From Spirochaetota bacterium (GTDB taxonomy: Bacteria; Spirochaetota; UBA12135; COTS27; CBDBHE01), in NCBI GenBank assembly GCA_965205605.1, contig CBDBHE010000007.1, positions 416,001 to 480,000 of the forward strand: a DNA stretch of 64,000 nucleotides, given 5' to 3'. The translations under genes and the position numbers were made by a program. The notes beneath the pieces were generated by a model. That model searched no databases and was not told where the DNA came from. It saw only the letters and a list, made by a program, of their open reading frames with translations. Of the stretch, positions 39,325 through 49,358 are shown one piece after another. Each line of letters begins with the position of its first letter. The first letter of the stretch is position 1.

Positions 39325-40071
39325 TTACCAATCATCAACCATATCATCGACATCTCGATTTCTTTCATCTTCAAGAAACATATCCGTTTGAGCTTCTAAT
39401 TGATCTAAGTAAAGATAATACTGACCGACTGTTTCTCTCATATCGCATTCAACATACATCGATGTCACATACAATCCTCTTCTTTTTCCTCTTTTAGAAG
39501 CAAAACGTGGATCACTTTGAACAATAGCTTCTCCAATCTGACCTGTTAATCGATTCCAGCCTGGAAAATTAAGCTTGCGACCTAATCTGATTTTATGTAA
39601 CTGACCTGTGATATCTCTAACAATCGCATACAAAACATGAGAATAATTTCTACCAGCAACCCAAACTGAAAGACTTTTAACAATTCCCGGTACATCTAGC
39701 TCCCTGGGTGGCTTAACTCCAAAAACAGCATTCCCTGTTTTAAAAAAATTAACTCTTGCTCCAAGACTATATTTATTTTTCTCAGGGTCAGCTTTTTTGA
39801 TTTCATCCGGCCCCCCTTCTCTTCTTTGAACAAAAATTAGACCCCAATCACGTGGCATTATCCCAACCCAAGAATCGGCATCTTCAAAATTATCTAACAA
39901 AATACCTCTGATACTTTCAAGACCTTTCTTACTGAGAATCGTCTCCTCCCCTTCTTTATTATTATCCCCCGTTGCTTGTTGATTATTATCTTGTGCTTTA
40001 ACAAAAACAAAAGAACAACTCAATAAGATAAAAAATAAACAAATTCGACTTATTATTTTTTTTACTTTCAC
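39325..40071 (-). CDS. flaA: Flagellar filament outer layer (sheath) protein FlaA
   Basis: Signal peptide; LDNFED, LGARVNF, KSLSVWVAGRNYSH, LNFPGW, YLYLDQL. Confidence 0.88.
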   Translation of the reverse strand: MKVKKIISRICLFFILLSCSFVFVKAQDNNQQATGDNNKEGEETILSKKGLESIRGILLDNFEDADSWVGIMPRDWGLIFVQRREGGPDEIKKADPEKNKYSLGARVNFFKTGNAVFGVKPPRELDVPGIVKSLSVWVAGRNYSHVLYAIVRDITGQLHKIRLGRKLNFPGWNRLTGQIGEAIVQSDPRFASKRGKRRGLYVTSMYVECDMRETVGQYYLYLDQLEAQTDMFLEDERNRDVDDMVDDW

Positions 40072-40137
40072 TTTAACCTCTCCTTTAATTCTTCAAAATT
40101 AAAATACTTTTTATAATACCCTTAAAAAAAATTATTC

Positions 40138-40914
40138 TTATTTTTTCTCTTCTTCTTTTTTAAAACCACGTTCTCTATCAAAGAAAACATCCTGCATTTC
40201 AATCCCATCAAATTTACCATCATACAAATCTGTAAAAATTCTAAAATAATCTAAAAAGAAAGAAAAATAATCAACCCGTTCATCTTTTCCAGAATACACT
40301 CGAAATCTTCTAAAAAGAAGCCCCCCTTGTTCCTTAGCAATATACGTCCTTTGCAACGCAATCACCGCTGGAATCTTAACCTTAATGTGTTTCCAACCAA
40401 AGTATCTCAAATTAGAAACCTTAAAGTCATACGCATAACCAGCTTCATTTTCAAGTGTCACATAAAGATCGTAATTATAATTCGCTCCCCACGCCCACAA
40501 ATCTAAAGCCTTTAACTTTCCAGGAAACGCTTTCTTATAATTTGGACTCCCTTCTAAAGGAACAATATCAAACCAATTGTGCCCTTGTCTAGACCAAGAA
40601 GCATTCACTCCAAAAGATTTCTCTGACATTTCTCCAGGAACGTATTTTAAAGGCTTGGGTATGCCATCATAGTATCCCACTTTAAGTTCGTTTTCAAGAA
40701 AATACTTAGAGCCTTTAATTTCAAATTTTTCATTCTCTTCAAAGCTATACCAAACAATGGTTTTCTCATATTCCTTTTGCTCATTTTTCTGAGCAACCAT
40801 TTTTAAATTAATTATCGCTACAATAATTAAAAAAAATTTTATAAATTTTATAAAACAAGTAAAAATATTGTTTTTCATCATTCCCCCTACATTAAGAATT
40901 AATATTTTTTTCAT
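40138..40914 (-). CDS. flaA: Flagellar filament outer layer (sheath) protein FlaA, second paralog
   Basis: FGVNASW.RQGHNW, PGKLKALDLWAWGANYNY, LRYFGWK, ERVDYF.FFLD. Confidence 0.85.
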   Translation of the reverse strand: MKKILILNVGGMMKNNIFTCFIKFIKFFLIIVAIINLKMVAQKNEQKEYEKTIVWYSFEENEKFEIKGSKYFLENELKVGYYDGIPKPLKYVPGEMSEKSFGVNASWSRQGHNWFDIVPLEGSPNYKKAFPGKLKALDLWAWGANYNYDLYVTLENEAGYAYDFKVSNLRYFGWKHIKVKIPAVIALQRTYIAKEQGGLLFRRFRVYSGKDERVDYFSFFLDYFRIFTDLYDGKFDGIEMQDVFFDRERGFKKEEEKK

Positions 40915-40971
40915 TTTTCTAAATAAAAAATCCTAAAAAACATCTCTTTTTGGAGCTTTTTTATAAGGATG

Positions 40972-41001
40972 ATTATAATCTTATTCAGCTACAAGTGTCA
41001 A
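40972..41001 (-). promoter_or_regulatory. Sigma70 promoter of the flaA pair
   Basis: TTGACA-18 bp-TATAAT. Confidence 0.65.
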
Positions 41002-41054
41002 ATTTACTTGAAACTTGCTTAGTTGTAAAACTTATCGGATCATTTTTAAAAAAA

Positions 41055-42632
41055 CTAAATTAATTTAAGTATTTTTTCTCCTATTTGTTTAATAAAAGAT
41101 GCTAGCTTCGGGCCATCGTTTCGATTAATAAGAATTTGATAAAAAAATTTAAAAAAAATTTTACTTTCTAAAGAATGTTTTTTAATCATTTCATAAAGAA
41201 ATTTCGAAATTTCTTTTTCATTTACTTCACCTCCTCCATTTTCTATCCATCCTCTTACCTCTTTTAAAGCTTTTATATATTCCTTTGAAGCTTTAAGTCC
41301 ACTCACCTCTCTTTTTTCTTTATTTAATTTAAAAAGAAACTCCTTAGGTGCATATTTTTCAATCCAATTTAATGCACACTCAAAACGCTCTTTTAAAAAA
41401 ACTAAATCACTTTCTTGTTTTAATTCCTTTTTATAATAATTTAAAACACTATTCCACTCTCCCTCATTAATTTGAATAATATTACATAAATGACGAAACG
41501 AAGCTCTAAAAGGAATTTTTTCTTTCCTCTCCTCTAAACAAGAAAGCTCATAAATCCTCTTAATCTTCCCATACAATTTTTCAGAAACAACTTCTTTGCC
41601 ATAATATTTTTTCTCCATTCGATCAAAATCTTCATATATTTTCAAAACATCCAAATCAAAACTAATCGCAAATTCCACATTCGCTCTATAAGAGGCAAAC
41701 AAATACCTTAAAACCTGTCCCTCATACACCTCCAAAGATTCCTCAACTGTCACCACTTCTCCCTTACTCGAAGAAATCTTCCCCCCCCTCCCTTTAATCC
41801 TCACAAAGTCATACATCAAATAAACAGGTGCTTCATACCCAAACACTTTTCTAGCAATCTCTTTGGCCGTATCATACGATCCTCCCTCAGATGAATGGTC
41901 CTTACCCCCAGACTCAAAATCAACCCCCCACCGTTTCCATCTCATCGGCCAGTCCACTCTCCAAAGTAGTTTTATCCCCTTTTGCTTCTCATTTACTCCC
42001 TTATTTGTATATCCACATTCCTTACATTTAATTTCAATCTCCCCTTCCCTTGCCCCTAATCTAATTTTCACTTCATTCCTCAAACATTTCTCACAAAAAA
42101 TACTCACCGGCACCCAATCTTTACCCAAAGGCTCTCGTCGATATTGATTCAATATCCCCGTTATTTCCTTTCGTTTTGAAAGTGCTTGCTTAATTTCTTT
42201 AACATAAAAATTATTTTTATATTTCTCATACTGATACACAAACGTCGGCTTAATATCCAGCTTTAAAATCACCTCTTCCATTTTTTTCTCATGATACCTA
42301 GCATACGACTTCTCTTCTTCAAAAACATCCGGCACTTCACAGATCGGCTTGCCCAAATGACTTTTTAATAATTCTTGCTTTGGCATGTTTAAAGGCACTT
42401 TTCGAAACACATCATAATCATCCCAAAAAAATAAAAAACGTACCTTCTCGCCCATGTCCTCTAACGCTCTTCTAACAAAGTCAACCGTTACCAATTCTCT
42501 AAAATTTCCAATATGAACCGTCCCAGATGGCGTAATCCCACTGGCTAAAACATAAACTTCTTTCTTCCCTTTTTGCTTTACAATACGCTGGGCAATCTCA
42601 TCTGCCCAATGACTCTTTTTTTGATTTTTCAT
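41055..42632 (-). CDS. lysS: Lysine--tRNA ligase, class I
   Basis: HWAD, SGITPSGTVHIGNFRE, WRVDWPMRW, FESGGKDH, KISSSKG. Confidence 0.96.
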   Translation of the reverse strand: MKNQKKSHWADEIAQRIVKQKGKKEVYVLASGITPSGTVHIGNFRELVTVDFVRRALEDMGEKVRFLFFWDDYDVFRKVPLNMPKQELLKSHLGKPICEVPDVFEEEKSYARYHEKKMEEVILKLDIKPTFVYQYEKYKNNFYVKEIKQALSKRKEITGILNQYRREPLGKDWVPVSIFCEKCLRNEVKIRLGAREGEIEIKCKECGYTNKGVNEKQKGIKLLWRVDWPMRWKRWGVDFESGGKDHSSEGGSYDTAKEIARKVFGYEAPVYLMYDFVRIKGRGGKISSSKGEVVTVEESLEVYEGQVLRYLFASYRANVEFAISFDLDVLKIYEDFDRMEKKYYGKEVVSEKLYGKIKRIYELSCLEERKEKIPFRASFRHLCNIIQINEGEWNSVLNYYKKELKQESDLVFLKERFECALNWIEKYAPKEFLFKLNKEKREVSGLKASKEYIKALKEVRGWIENGGGEVNEKEISKFLYEMIKKHSLESKIFFKFFYQILINRNDGPKLASFIKQIGEKILKLI

Positions 42633-42905
42633 TCCCCAATCTCTTTTATCGTTAATTAGTTAAAATGATACCATCACTTAAAATAAACAAATTTAAATAA
42701 ACATTAAATAAGCATTAAGTAAATATTTGATTACTTTTATAAAAATTTTTCATAAAAATGAAAATTATTTAAATAAAAAAAAGAGTATTATGATTAAATC
42801 ACTATTAAACACAATGATTTTTTTATTTAAATTTTATTTAACACCTAAATATTCTTATGCTGGTAAATAAAAACCATTACTTAAAAAAAAACACTTATAT
42901 TATTA

Positions 42906-44543
42906 ATGTTTAAAAATAAAAATAAAATACAAATTCTTCCTTTAGGTGGTTTAGAAGAAATTGGCAAAAACATGCTTCTTATTAATTATAAAGATGAAAT
43001 CATTCTCATCGACGCTGGATTAAAGTTTCCCGATGAAAAAGGCTATGGAATCAATTATGTTTTAAACGATCCCACTTATCTTATTGCCAACAAAAAAAAA
43101 ATAAAAGCTCTTTTGATCACCCATGGTCATCTCGATCATATTGGAGGGATTCCTTTCTTACTTTCCAAGATTAAACTACCCATTTATGCCCATGGTTTTA
43201 CAAAAGCGATGATCCGAAAGACAATTGAAAAAACTTCCCATAAAAATAATTTTAAAATAATTTCTTTTGAAACCAACCAGTCTTTTAAAATTGGTAATCA
43301 CTTCTCGATTGAAGCCATCAAAGTTGACCACAGTATCATTGATGCTGTTTCCTTTGCCATCACTACCGAAGCCGGCACAATTATTCATACAGGTGACTAC
43401 AAAATAGAAAATAACACTAATAAAACAGATTTAGATCGTTTTAAACATTATGGTAAAAAAGGAGTTCTCGCTCTTTTAATGGATTCCACCAATGCCAATG
43501 TAGAAAAACAAGAAGGAACCGAATCCGTTGTTTACAACAATTTAGAAAAAATTATTACGAGTGCCAAAGGAAAAACCCTCATTGGTACTTTTTCAACTCA
43601 AATTAGGAGAATTGAAGCCATTCTAAATATTGCCAAAAAGTTGAATAAAAAAGTTGTCCTCAGTGGTCGTTCTATTTTAGAAAACGTCGATCTTGCTTTT
43701 GGGATGAATTACCTAAGTCAATACGAAAAACAAATCATTGACTTTAAAAGCATGAACAATTACTCTAGCCAAAACATTATTATCATTCTTACAGGCACTC
43801 AAGGGGAAGAGCAAAGTGCTCTTTATAAAATTGCTTATAATTATCATAACAATATTAAACTACAAGGTAACGAAACTATTATTTTCTCTTCATCTGTAAT
43901 CCCTGGAAACGAAGCTCCAATTTATAAAATCATTAATCTTCTTCAAAAAAAAGGGGTTGACTTGATCACCAATGAAAATTTCCTCGTGCACACTTCTGGT
44001 CATGCCAGTCAAGAAGAAATGAAAATTCTCCTTTCAAAAATTAAACCCAAATACCTCATCCCCGTTCATGGAGAATATCGACATTTATGTTCTCAACAAC
44101 AATTAGCTCTAAAAAGTGGAATTAAAGAAGAAGAAATTTTCCTTCTTGAAAACGGAAAAAAAATCGAGATTAGTTATCATTCTGGTATTCGTTTAGTCGA
44201 ACAAATAAAAGCAAAAGAAATTTATATTGATAGTGATTCATTACAAGAGATTAATTTTAAAAACCTTGAAGAAAGAAAACACCTCTCAAGGGTAGGTTTT
44301 TTGTCGATTGCATTTCATCCTCATAATTTTGAAGAAACGACGATTGATTTTATGGGTTTTTATACTAGAGAAAAAAAAGAACTTCTTCTTAAAGAAATTA
44401 AATATTTTCTTAAGAAAGAAATTTCAAACCAAATATCTAAAGATAAAAACCAACTTAAGAAAAAAATTAAAAACAGTTTGAAAAATTTTTTTGATTTAAA
44501 GAAAATAAAAACACCTATTTTTTCGATTCATTTAATTTTTTAA
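42906..44543 (+). CDS. rnj: Ribonuclease J
   Basis: PLGGLEEIGKN, THGHLDHIG, HTGDYK, DSTNA, HTSGHA, PVHGEYRH. Confidence 0.95.
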   Translation: MFKNKNKIQILPLGGLEEIGKNMLLINYKDEIILIDAGLKFPDEKGYGINYVLNDPTYLIANKKKIKALLITHGHLDHIGGIPFLLSKIKLPIYAHGFTKAMIRKTIEKTSHKNNFKIISFETNQSFKIGNHFSIEAIKVDHSIIDAVSFAITTEAGTIIHTGDYKIENNTNKTDLDRFKHYGKKGVLALLMDSTNANVEKQEGTESVVYNNLEKIITSAKGKTLIGTFSTQIRRIEAILNIAKKLNKKVVLSGRSILENVDLAFGMNYLSQYEKQIIDFKSMNNYSSQNIIIILTGTQGEEQSALYKIAYNYHNNIKLQGNETIIFSSSVIPGNEAPIYKIINLLQKKGVDLITNENFLVHTSGHASQEEMKILLSKIKPKYLIPVHGEYRHLCSQQQLALKSGIKEEEIFLLENGKKIEISYHSGIRLVEQIKAKEIYIDSDSLQEINFKNLEERKHLSRVGFLSIAFHPHNFEETTIDFMGFYTREKKELLLKEIKYFLKKEISNQISKDKNQLKKKIKNSLKNFFDLKKIKTPIFSIHLIF

Positions 44544-44569
44544 TAAATCTTACTTAGATTTTATCGTAA

Positions 44570-44585
44570 TGTTCCACGTGGAACA
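44570..44585. other. parS: parS centromere-like site
   Basis: TGTTCCACGTGGAACA matches the bacterial parS consensus, within a perfect 22-bp palindrome (44567-44588); parA/parB lie 12 kb away. Confidence 0.93.
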
Positions 44586-44589
44586 TTAT

Positions 44590-45420
44590 CTAAATATTTT
44601 TTAATTTTTTAACTTCTTTACTGAGTATTTTCATTCGAATACGAGTGATGCTATTTCTTCTTTTAGATAAAATTTTAAATTGAATATTTTTATAATGAAT
44701 AACTTGATTCACTTTTGGGATATAGCCTTCTTGGCCGATAACAAATCCACCGATGGTGTCCCCATTATCTTTTTTTAAATTGAGGTTAAATTGTTTGTTA
44801 ATATCTTCTAGATTCGTTCTAGCATCGATAGAGTAAGTGTTAATAGAGAGGGTTCTTATTTCCTCTTGTTCAGAATCAAATTCGTCTTGTACATCGCCTA
44901 TAATCTCTTCTAGGATGTCTTCCATGGTGACGATTCCTGAAAAACCACCGTATTCATCAACAATGATGGCCATATGGATTTTATTTTTTTGAAGATCTTT
45001 TAGGATATCGATAATCTTTCTAGATTCAGGTGAATAAAAGGGAATGGAGAGATATTTACTGAGATCGATTTTTCGGTTATTATTGGTTGTTAAGATGATT
45101 TTAAAGATATCTTTAATATGAATAATTCCTTTAATGTTATCGATATTTTCACTGTAGATAGGAATTCGGGAAAAATTTTTAGATTTGAGATGGAGTTCGA
45201 GTTCAGATTTTCGACATTGAGTATTAAAGGCAGCGACATCGATTCGAGGGATCATAATATCTCTTGCTAGGATAGTGTTGATATTCATAATGGATTCGAT
45301 GAGGGTGTGTTCATAAGGAGAAAAAGAAGATTTTTTAATTTTTTTTAAAATTTTTTCTTTTTGTTTTTGAAGGATTTTTTCTTGATTTTGAGGAAAAAGA
45401 AATTTAGACCATTGCATCAA
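44590..45420 (-). CDS. CBS/CorC-HlyC domain protein
   Basis: DIMIPRID, FSRIPIY, HMAIIVDEYGG.SGIVTMEDILEEIIG; follows ybeY. Confidence 0.9.
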   Translation of the reverse strand: MMQWSKFLFPQNQEKILQKQKEKILKKIKKSSFSPYEHTLIESIMNINTILARDIMIPRIDVAAFNTQCRKSELELHLKSKNFSRIPIYSENIDNIKGIIHIKDIFKIILTTNNNRKIDLSKYLSIPFYSPESRKIIDILKDLQKNKIHMAIIVDEYGGFSGIVTMEDILEEIIGDVQDEFDSEQEEIRTLSINTYSIDARTNLEDINKQFNLNLKKDNGDTIGGFVIGQEGYIPKVNQVIHYKNIQFKILSKRRNSITRIRMKILSKEVKKLKNI

Positions 45421-45865
45421 ATAAGCTCCAATTTAGTTTAATTTTATTTAAAATAATTTCTTGTTGTTGATAAATTTTTTCTAGTGACTTTTTTTTATAG
45501 TCGTGTCTTAAACCGTAAAGATGTAAAATTCCGTGAAGAATTGTTTCATAAATTAAAAAAGGAATGGTTTTTTTGTAGAGAGGAGCTTGTTTTAAGACAA
45601 CGTCTAAGCAAATAGCGATATCACCTGAGGGTTGGTTATTGAGCTTGGGTTGATCTGGAAATGAGAGGACATCGGTTACGTTATTTTTTTTAGTGAATTG
45701 GTGATGGAGGGTTTGCATTGTTTTAGAAGGTAAGAAAGCGATGTTAACCCAAAGAAGTTTTGATTGATAAGTTTTATTTAAAAAAGAAATCATTTTTTTA
45801 ACTTCTTTTTTAAGTTTTTTATGAGAGAAAAGATAGTGAGTTTGATTGATAATTTTTAGAGTCAA
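45404..45865 (-). CDS. ybeY: rRNA maturation endoribonuclease YbeY
   Basis: TDVLSFP, GDIAI, HGILHLYGLRH. Confidence 0.92.
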   Translation of the reverse strand: MTLKIINQTHYLFSHKKLKKEVKKMISFLNKTYQSKLLWVNIAFLPSKTMQTLHHQFTKKNNVTDVLSFPDQPKLNNQPSGDIAICLDVVLKQAPLYKKTIPFLIYETILHGILHLYGLRHDYKKKSLEKIYQQQEIILNKIKLNWSLFDAMV

Positions 45866-45874
45866 GGGATTATG

Positions 45875-47659
45875 TTAATTATTTTTAAATTTTGGGAAGG
45901 AGATACCGAGCTCGAGGAGTTGATTATCGGTTGGTTTGGAAGGAGTTTCACTCATTAGGCAATGACCTTTTTGGGTTTTTGGGAAAGCAATCACATCTCT
46001 AATAGAAGAGGTTTCTTGCATGATGGCGATGATTCGATCGAGGCCAAAGGCGATACCTCCGTGGGGAGGGGTGCCGTAATTGAGAGCGTTTAGAAAAAAG
46101 CCGAATTTTTCTTTAATATCTTTATCTGAGAGATTGAGTAGGGAAAAGATTTTTTTTTGGAGATTACTATCGTGGATCCGAATGCTACCCCCACCGAGTT
46201 CTATTCCATTTAAAACTAGGTCGTAAGCTTGCGATTTAACAGAAGCGGGATTGGTTTCTAAAAGGGGGATATCGTTTTCTTGTGGCATTGTAAAAGGATG
46301 ATGAAATGAGTCCCATTTTTTTTCTTTTTCGTTATAGGTTAGGAGAGGAAAATCGGTGATCCAGAGGAAATTAAGTTTTTTTGAGTTGATGAGGTCAAGT
46401 TTTTTTGCGATTTGCAGTCGTAAGTTTGCTAGGGCGTCGTAGACGATAGGGGCTTTATCAGAGATAAAAAAGAGGATATCTCCGTTTTCAGCTTTGGAGA
46501 GGGTGATGAGGGCATTTAGCATAGATGGGGTAAAAAATTTGGTGATGTTGGACTGGAGCTTATTGTCTTGGACTTTCATCCAAGCAAGTCCTTTAGCTCC
46601 GAATTTAGAAACGAATGTGGTCAAGTCATCGATATGTTTTCGAGAGAGTTTTGTACTTGCTTGTTTAACGCAAATCATTCTAACGATGCCGCTATTGCTT
46701 AAATTTGTTTTAAAGACTTTGAAGCCACATTCTTTAATAATGGGTTGTGGGTTAAGGAGATGCATTTCAAAGCGAGTGTCGGGGCGATCGGTGCCGTAGA
46801 GCTTGATAGCGGTTTGGTAAGTCATTTTTTCAATGATAAGAGAAGGAGAAATTTGATGAAGGAAGGTTTTTTGAAGAGCGTTTAGGAAGATTGTTTCGAC
46901 GAGATTTAGGATTTCATCTTGTTGCATAAAGGAGATTTCGAGATCGATTTGGGTGAATTCGGGCTGACGATCGGCTCTTAAATCTTCATCTCGGAAGCAT
47001 TTGGCGATTTGGTAATATCTTTCTAGACCACTTACCATGAGGAGTTGTTTAAAAATCTGAGGAGACTGAGGGAGGGCGTAGAAGTCTTGTGGATTGAGGC
47101 GAGAGGGGACGATAAAATCTCTAGCTCCTTCAGGGGTGGTTTTGTTTAAAATGGGGGTTTCGATTTCGATGAAAGAGTTATCGTCAAAAGCTTGTCGAAT
47201 GGCTTTTAGAAAAGCGTGTCTTTTTAAAAGGTTTTGTCTGACTTTATTTCTTCTTAAATCTAAGAATCGATATTTTAATCGAATATCTTCGTTAATTTTT
47301 TCTTCACTATCGATGGGGAAGACAGGGCTGAGGCTTTTAGATAAAATTGTAAGTTGGTGGACTTCAAGCTCGACTTCACCGGTTTTAATGGCTGTATTAA
47401 TATTTTCTTTAGTCCTTTCGATGACGTTTCCTTTGACTTTGATGACAAACTCTGATCGAAGAGATTGAGCGTCTAAGTGAGCTTTTTTAGAAACTTCAGG
47501 GCGAAAGACGACTTGGCAATTACCAGAGCGATCTCGCAAGTCGATAAAAATCACTCCTCCATGATCTCGCCTTCGGTGAACCCAACCTGAGAGAGTGATT
47601 TCTTGCTTAATTTGTTTGAGGCTAAGGTCAATATTGTTGATTGTTTTGTAGGTGCTCAA
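45875..47659 (-). CDS. aspS: Aspartate--tRNA ligase
   Basis: RRDHGGVIFIDLRD, TPEGARDF, ALPQSPQ, FRDEDLRADRQPEFTQ, PPHGGIAFGLDR. Confidence 0.97.
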   Translation of the reverse strand: MSTYKTINNIDLSLKQIKQEITLSGWVHRRRDHGGVIFIDLRDRSGNCQVVFRPEVSKKAHLDAQSLRSEFVIKVKGNVIERTKENINTAIKTGEVELEVHQLTILSKSLSPVFPIDSEEKINEDIRLKYRFLDLRRNKVRQNLLKRHAFLKAIRQAFDDNSFIEIETPILNKTTPEGARDFIVPSRLNPQDFYALPQSPQIFKQLLMVSGLERYYQIAKCFRDEDLRADRQPEFTQIDLEISFMQQDEILNLVETIFLNALQKTFLHQISPSLIIEKMTYQTAIKLYGTDRPDTRFEMHLLNPQPIIKECGFKVFKTNLSNSGIVRMICVKQASTKLSRKHIDDLTTFVSKFGAKGLAWMKVQDNKLQSNITKFFTPSMLNALITLSKAENGDILFFISDKAPIVYDALANLRLQIAKKLDLINSKKLNFLWITDFPLLTYNEKEKKWDSFHHPFTMPQENDIPLLETNPASVKSQAYDLVLNGIELGGGSIRIHDSNLQKKIFSLLNLSDKDIKEKFGFFLNALNYGTPPHGGIAFGLDRIIAIMQETSSIRDVIAFPKTQKGHCLMSETPSKPTDNQLLELGISFPKFKNN

Positions 47660-47763
47660 AGTAATTTCCTGTAAAAAAAATGAAAGGCTGATTATACTAT
47701 TAAATAAAAAGTCTTTTTTTCTTTTGAAAAAGAAATTTTTGAAAAGAACAAGAGGAGGTTGGG

Positions 47764-49080
47764 TTAAGTTTTAGAGAGAATATTTTGAATGGTTTTTTCT
47801 AGGGGGCCATTGCTTTTGAATTCTTTTTTAATTTTGCTGGAACCGATAGAAACAGCGGAAGGAGTTTTCCCTCCTAAGTGATTACCAATTTCTGTGATTG
47901 AGAGGTCGGTGTACTCTCTGAGTAAATACATGCTGATTTGTCTGTAGCGGGAAATGTATCTGGAGCGAACTTTAGATTTAAGTTGAGAGAGGGAAATATT
48001 GGCATAATTTGCGAGAGCGAGAATGATACGCTCTGGAGAATATTTTCTTTTTTGGTTTTTATTATATAGCTGTTTGATATTATTGAGGCAAAAGTCTTCG
48101 GTGATGTCTTCTTGATAAATGTCTTTAAAAACAGAAAGGGTGTTGATAGCACCAATAATTTTTCTAATATCGGAGGGTAAATTTTCAGCCAAAAAAGAAA
48201 GAATGTCTTCGCTTAGGAGGAGTTGATTTTCACGAGCGATAAAGCGAATAATTTTTTTTTTATCTTCTGTATCACAAAGTTTAATTTCGATAATAGCGCT
48301 ACTAGAGAGGCGACTTTTAAGTCTTTCGTCTATATTTTGAAGATCGTTGGGTTCACGGTCACTACAAAAAACCATTTGTTTTTTTGAAGAGGTGATGGTA
48401 TTGAAGATATGAAAAAACTCAAGGCAACTTTTTTCTTTTCCAATAAAAAACTGAATATCATCAATGAGTAAAACATCCAAAGATTTATATTTAACCCTAA
48501 AGTCTCGGTCAGTGCCAAGAGAAATAGCTCTTGTAAACTCGCTAACAAATTCATTGGGATTAATGTAGGAGACTTTAAGAAAAGGAAAATGGGTTTGATA
48601 ATAATTACCAATTGCTTGGATTAAGTGTGTTTTGCCAGTCCCAATAGGCCCATAAAAATAAAGTGGGTTGGTAGCTCCTATTTTTTGAATGATTTTTTGA
48701 GCAAAATCGTAAGCGATTTTATTGACTTTTGTGATGACAAAACGATCAAAGGTATGATCTTTTTTTAAAGAGGTGTTTTGAAAAGAAGAAGAAGAAAAAG
48801 ATAGAGGAGGGTTGGAAGGAGAGGAGGGCTCATTGTTTGTGACAATTTTTAAGCTTAGTTTGGGGTGATGGCTTTTGAGGTGAGCTTCTATTTGTTTTAA
48901 GTAATTTTTATTAATTTTTTCTTTTTTAAGCTCGCTATTTGTTTTTAAGAAAATTACCCATTGATCATTTTTTTCATAAGCTAAGTCATCAAACCAAGTT
49001 TTTTTTTCGTGAGAAGAAAGAGACTGTTTGAATTGATGATAAACGTTTTTAAAAATAGAGGGGATGTCTAGATGGGTCAT
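47764..49080 (-). CDS. dnaA: Chromosomal replication initiator DnaA with divergent domain IV
   Basis: TFDRFV, NPLYFYGPIGTGKTHL, LLIDDIQF, RLKSR, RQISMYL; divergent from rpmH. Confidence 0.9.
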   Translation of the reverse strand: MTHLDIPSIFKNVYHQFKQSLSSHEKKTWFDDLAYEKNDQWVIFLKTNSELKKEKINKNYLKQIEAHLKSHHPKLSLKIVTNNEPSSPSNPPLSFSSSSFQNTSLKKDHTFDRFVITKVNKIAYDFAQKIIQKIGATNPLYFYGPIGTGKTHLIQAIGNYYQTHFPFLKVSYINPNEFVSEFTRAISLGTDRDFRVKYKSLDVLLIDDIQFFIGKEKSCLEFFHIFNTITSSKKQMVFCSDREPNDLQNIDERLKSRLSSSAIIEIKLCDTEDKKKIIRFIARENQLLLSEDILSFLAENLPSDIRKIIGAINTLSVFKDIYQEDITEDFCLNNIKQLYNKNQKRKYSPERIILALANYANISLSQLKSKVRSRYISRYRQISMYLLREYTDLSITEIGNHLGGKTPSAVSIGSSKIKKEFKSNGPLEKTIQNILSKT

Positions 49081-49328
49081 TAAAAACAAACACTCCTTTT
49101 TGTTTTTTTATAATATAACGGTAAGACTTTTAAAAGTCATGGGGTAAATTTTAGCACTTTTTTAATCAATAAATGAGCTAAAAGGGAAGAAATTATACTA
49201 ATGAGAAAAAAGAAAAAACAATGGAGAAAAAATAATAGTTTGAGCATTTATTTATTTGAAAATTTAGGTATTTTCTTTTAATTAAAAAAAAACCTCTAAA
49301 AGTTGTTTTTTTAGGGATTTTTTTTTAA

Positions 49329-49358
49329 TTGACATGGAAGTTTTTTAAATGCTAAAAT
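49329..49358 (+). promoter_or_regulatory. Sigma70 promoter of the rpmH operon
   Basis: TTGACA-18 bp-TAAAAT with extended TG. Confidence 0.65.

Noticed and set aside
42633-42905. 273-bp AT-rich spacer as candidate oriC
   Set aside because: No DnaA boxes or clear repeats, and the first 1.2 kb of rnj to its right is still C-rich; a divergent promoter region explains it, though it cannot be fully excluded
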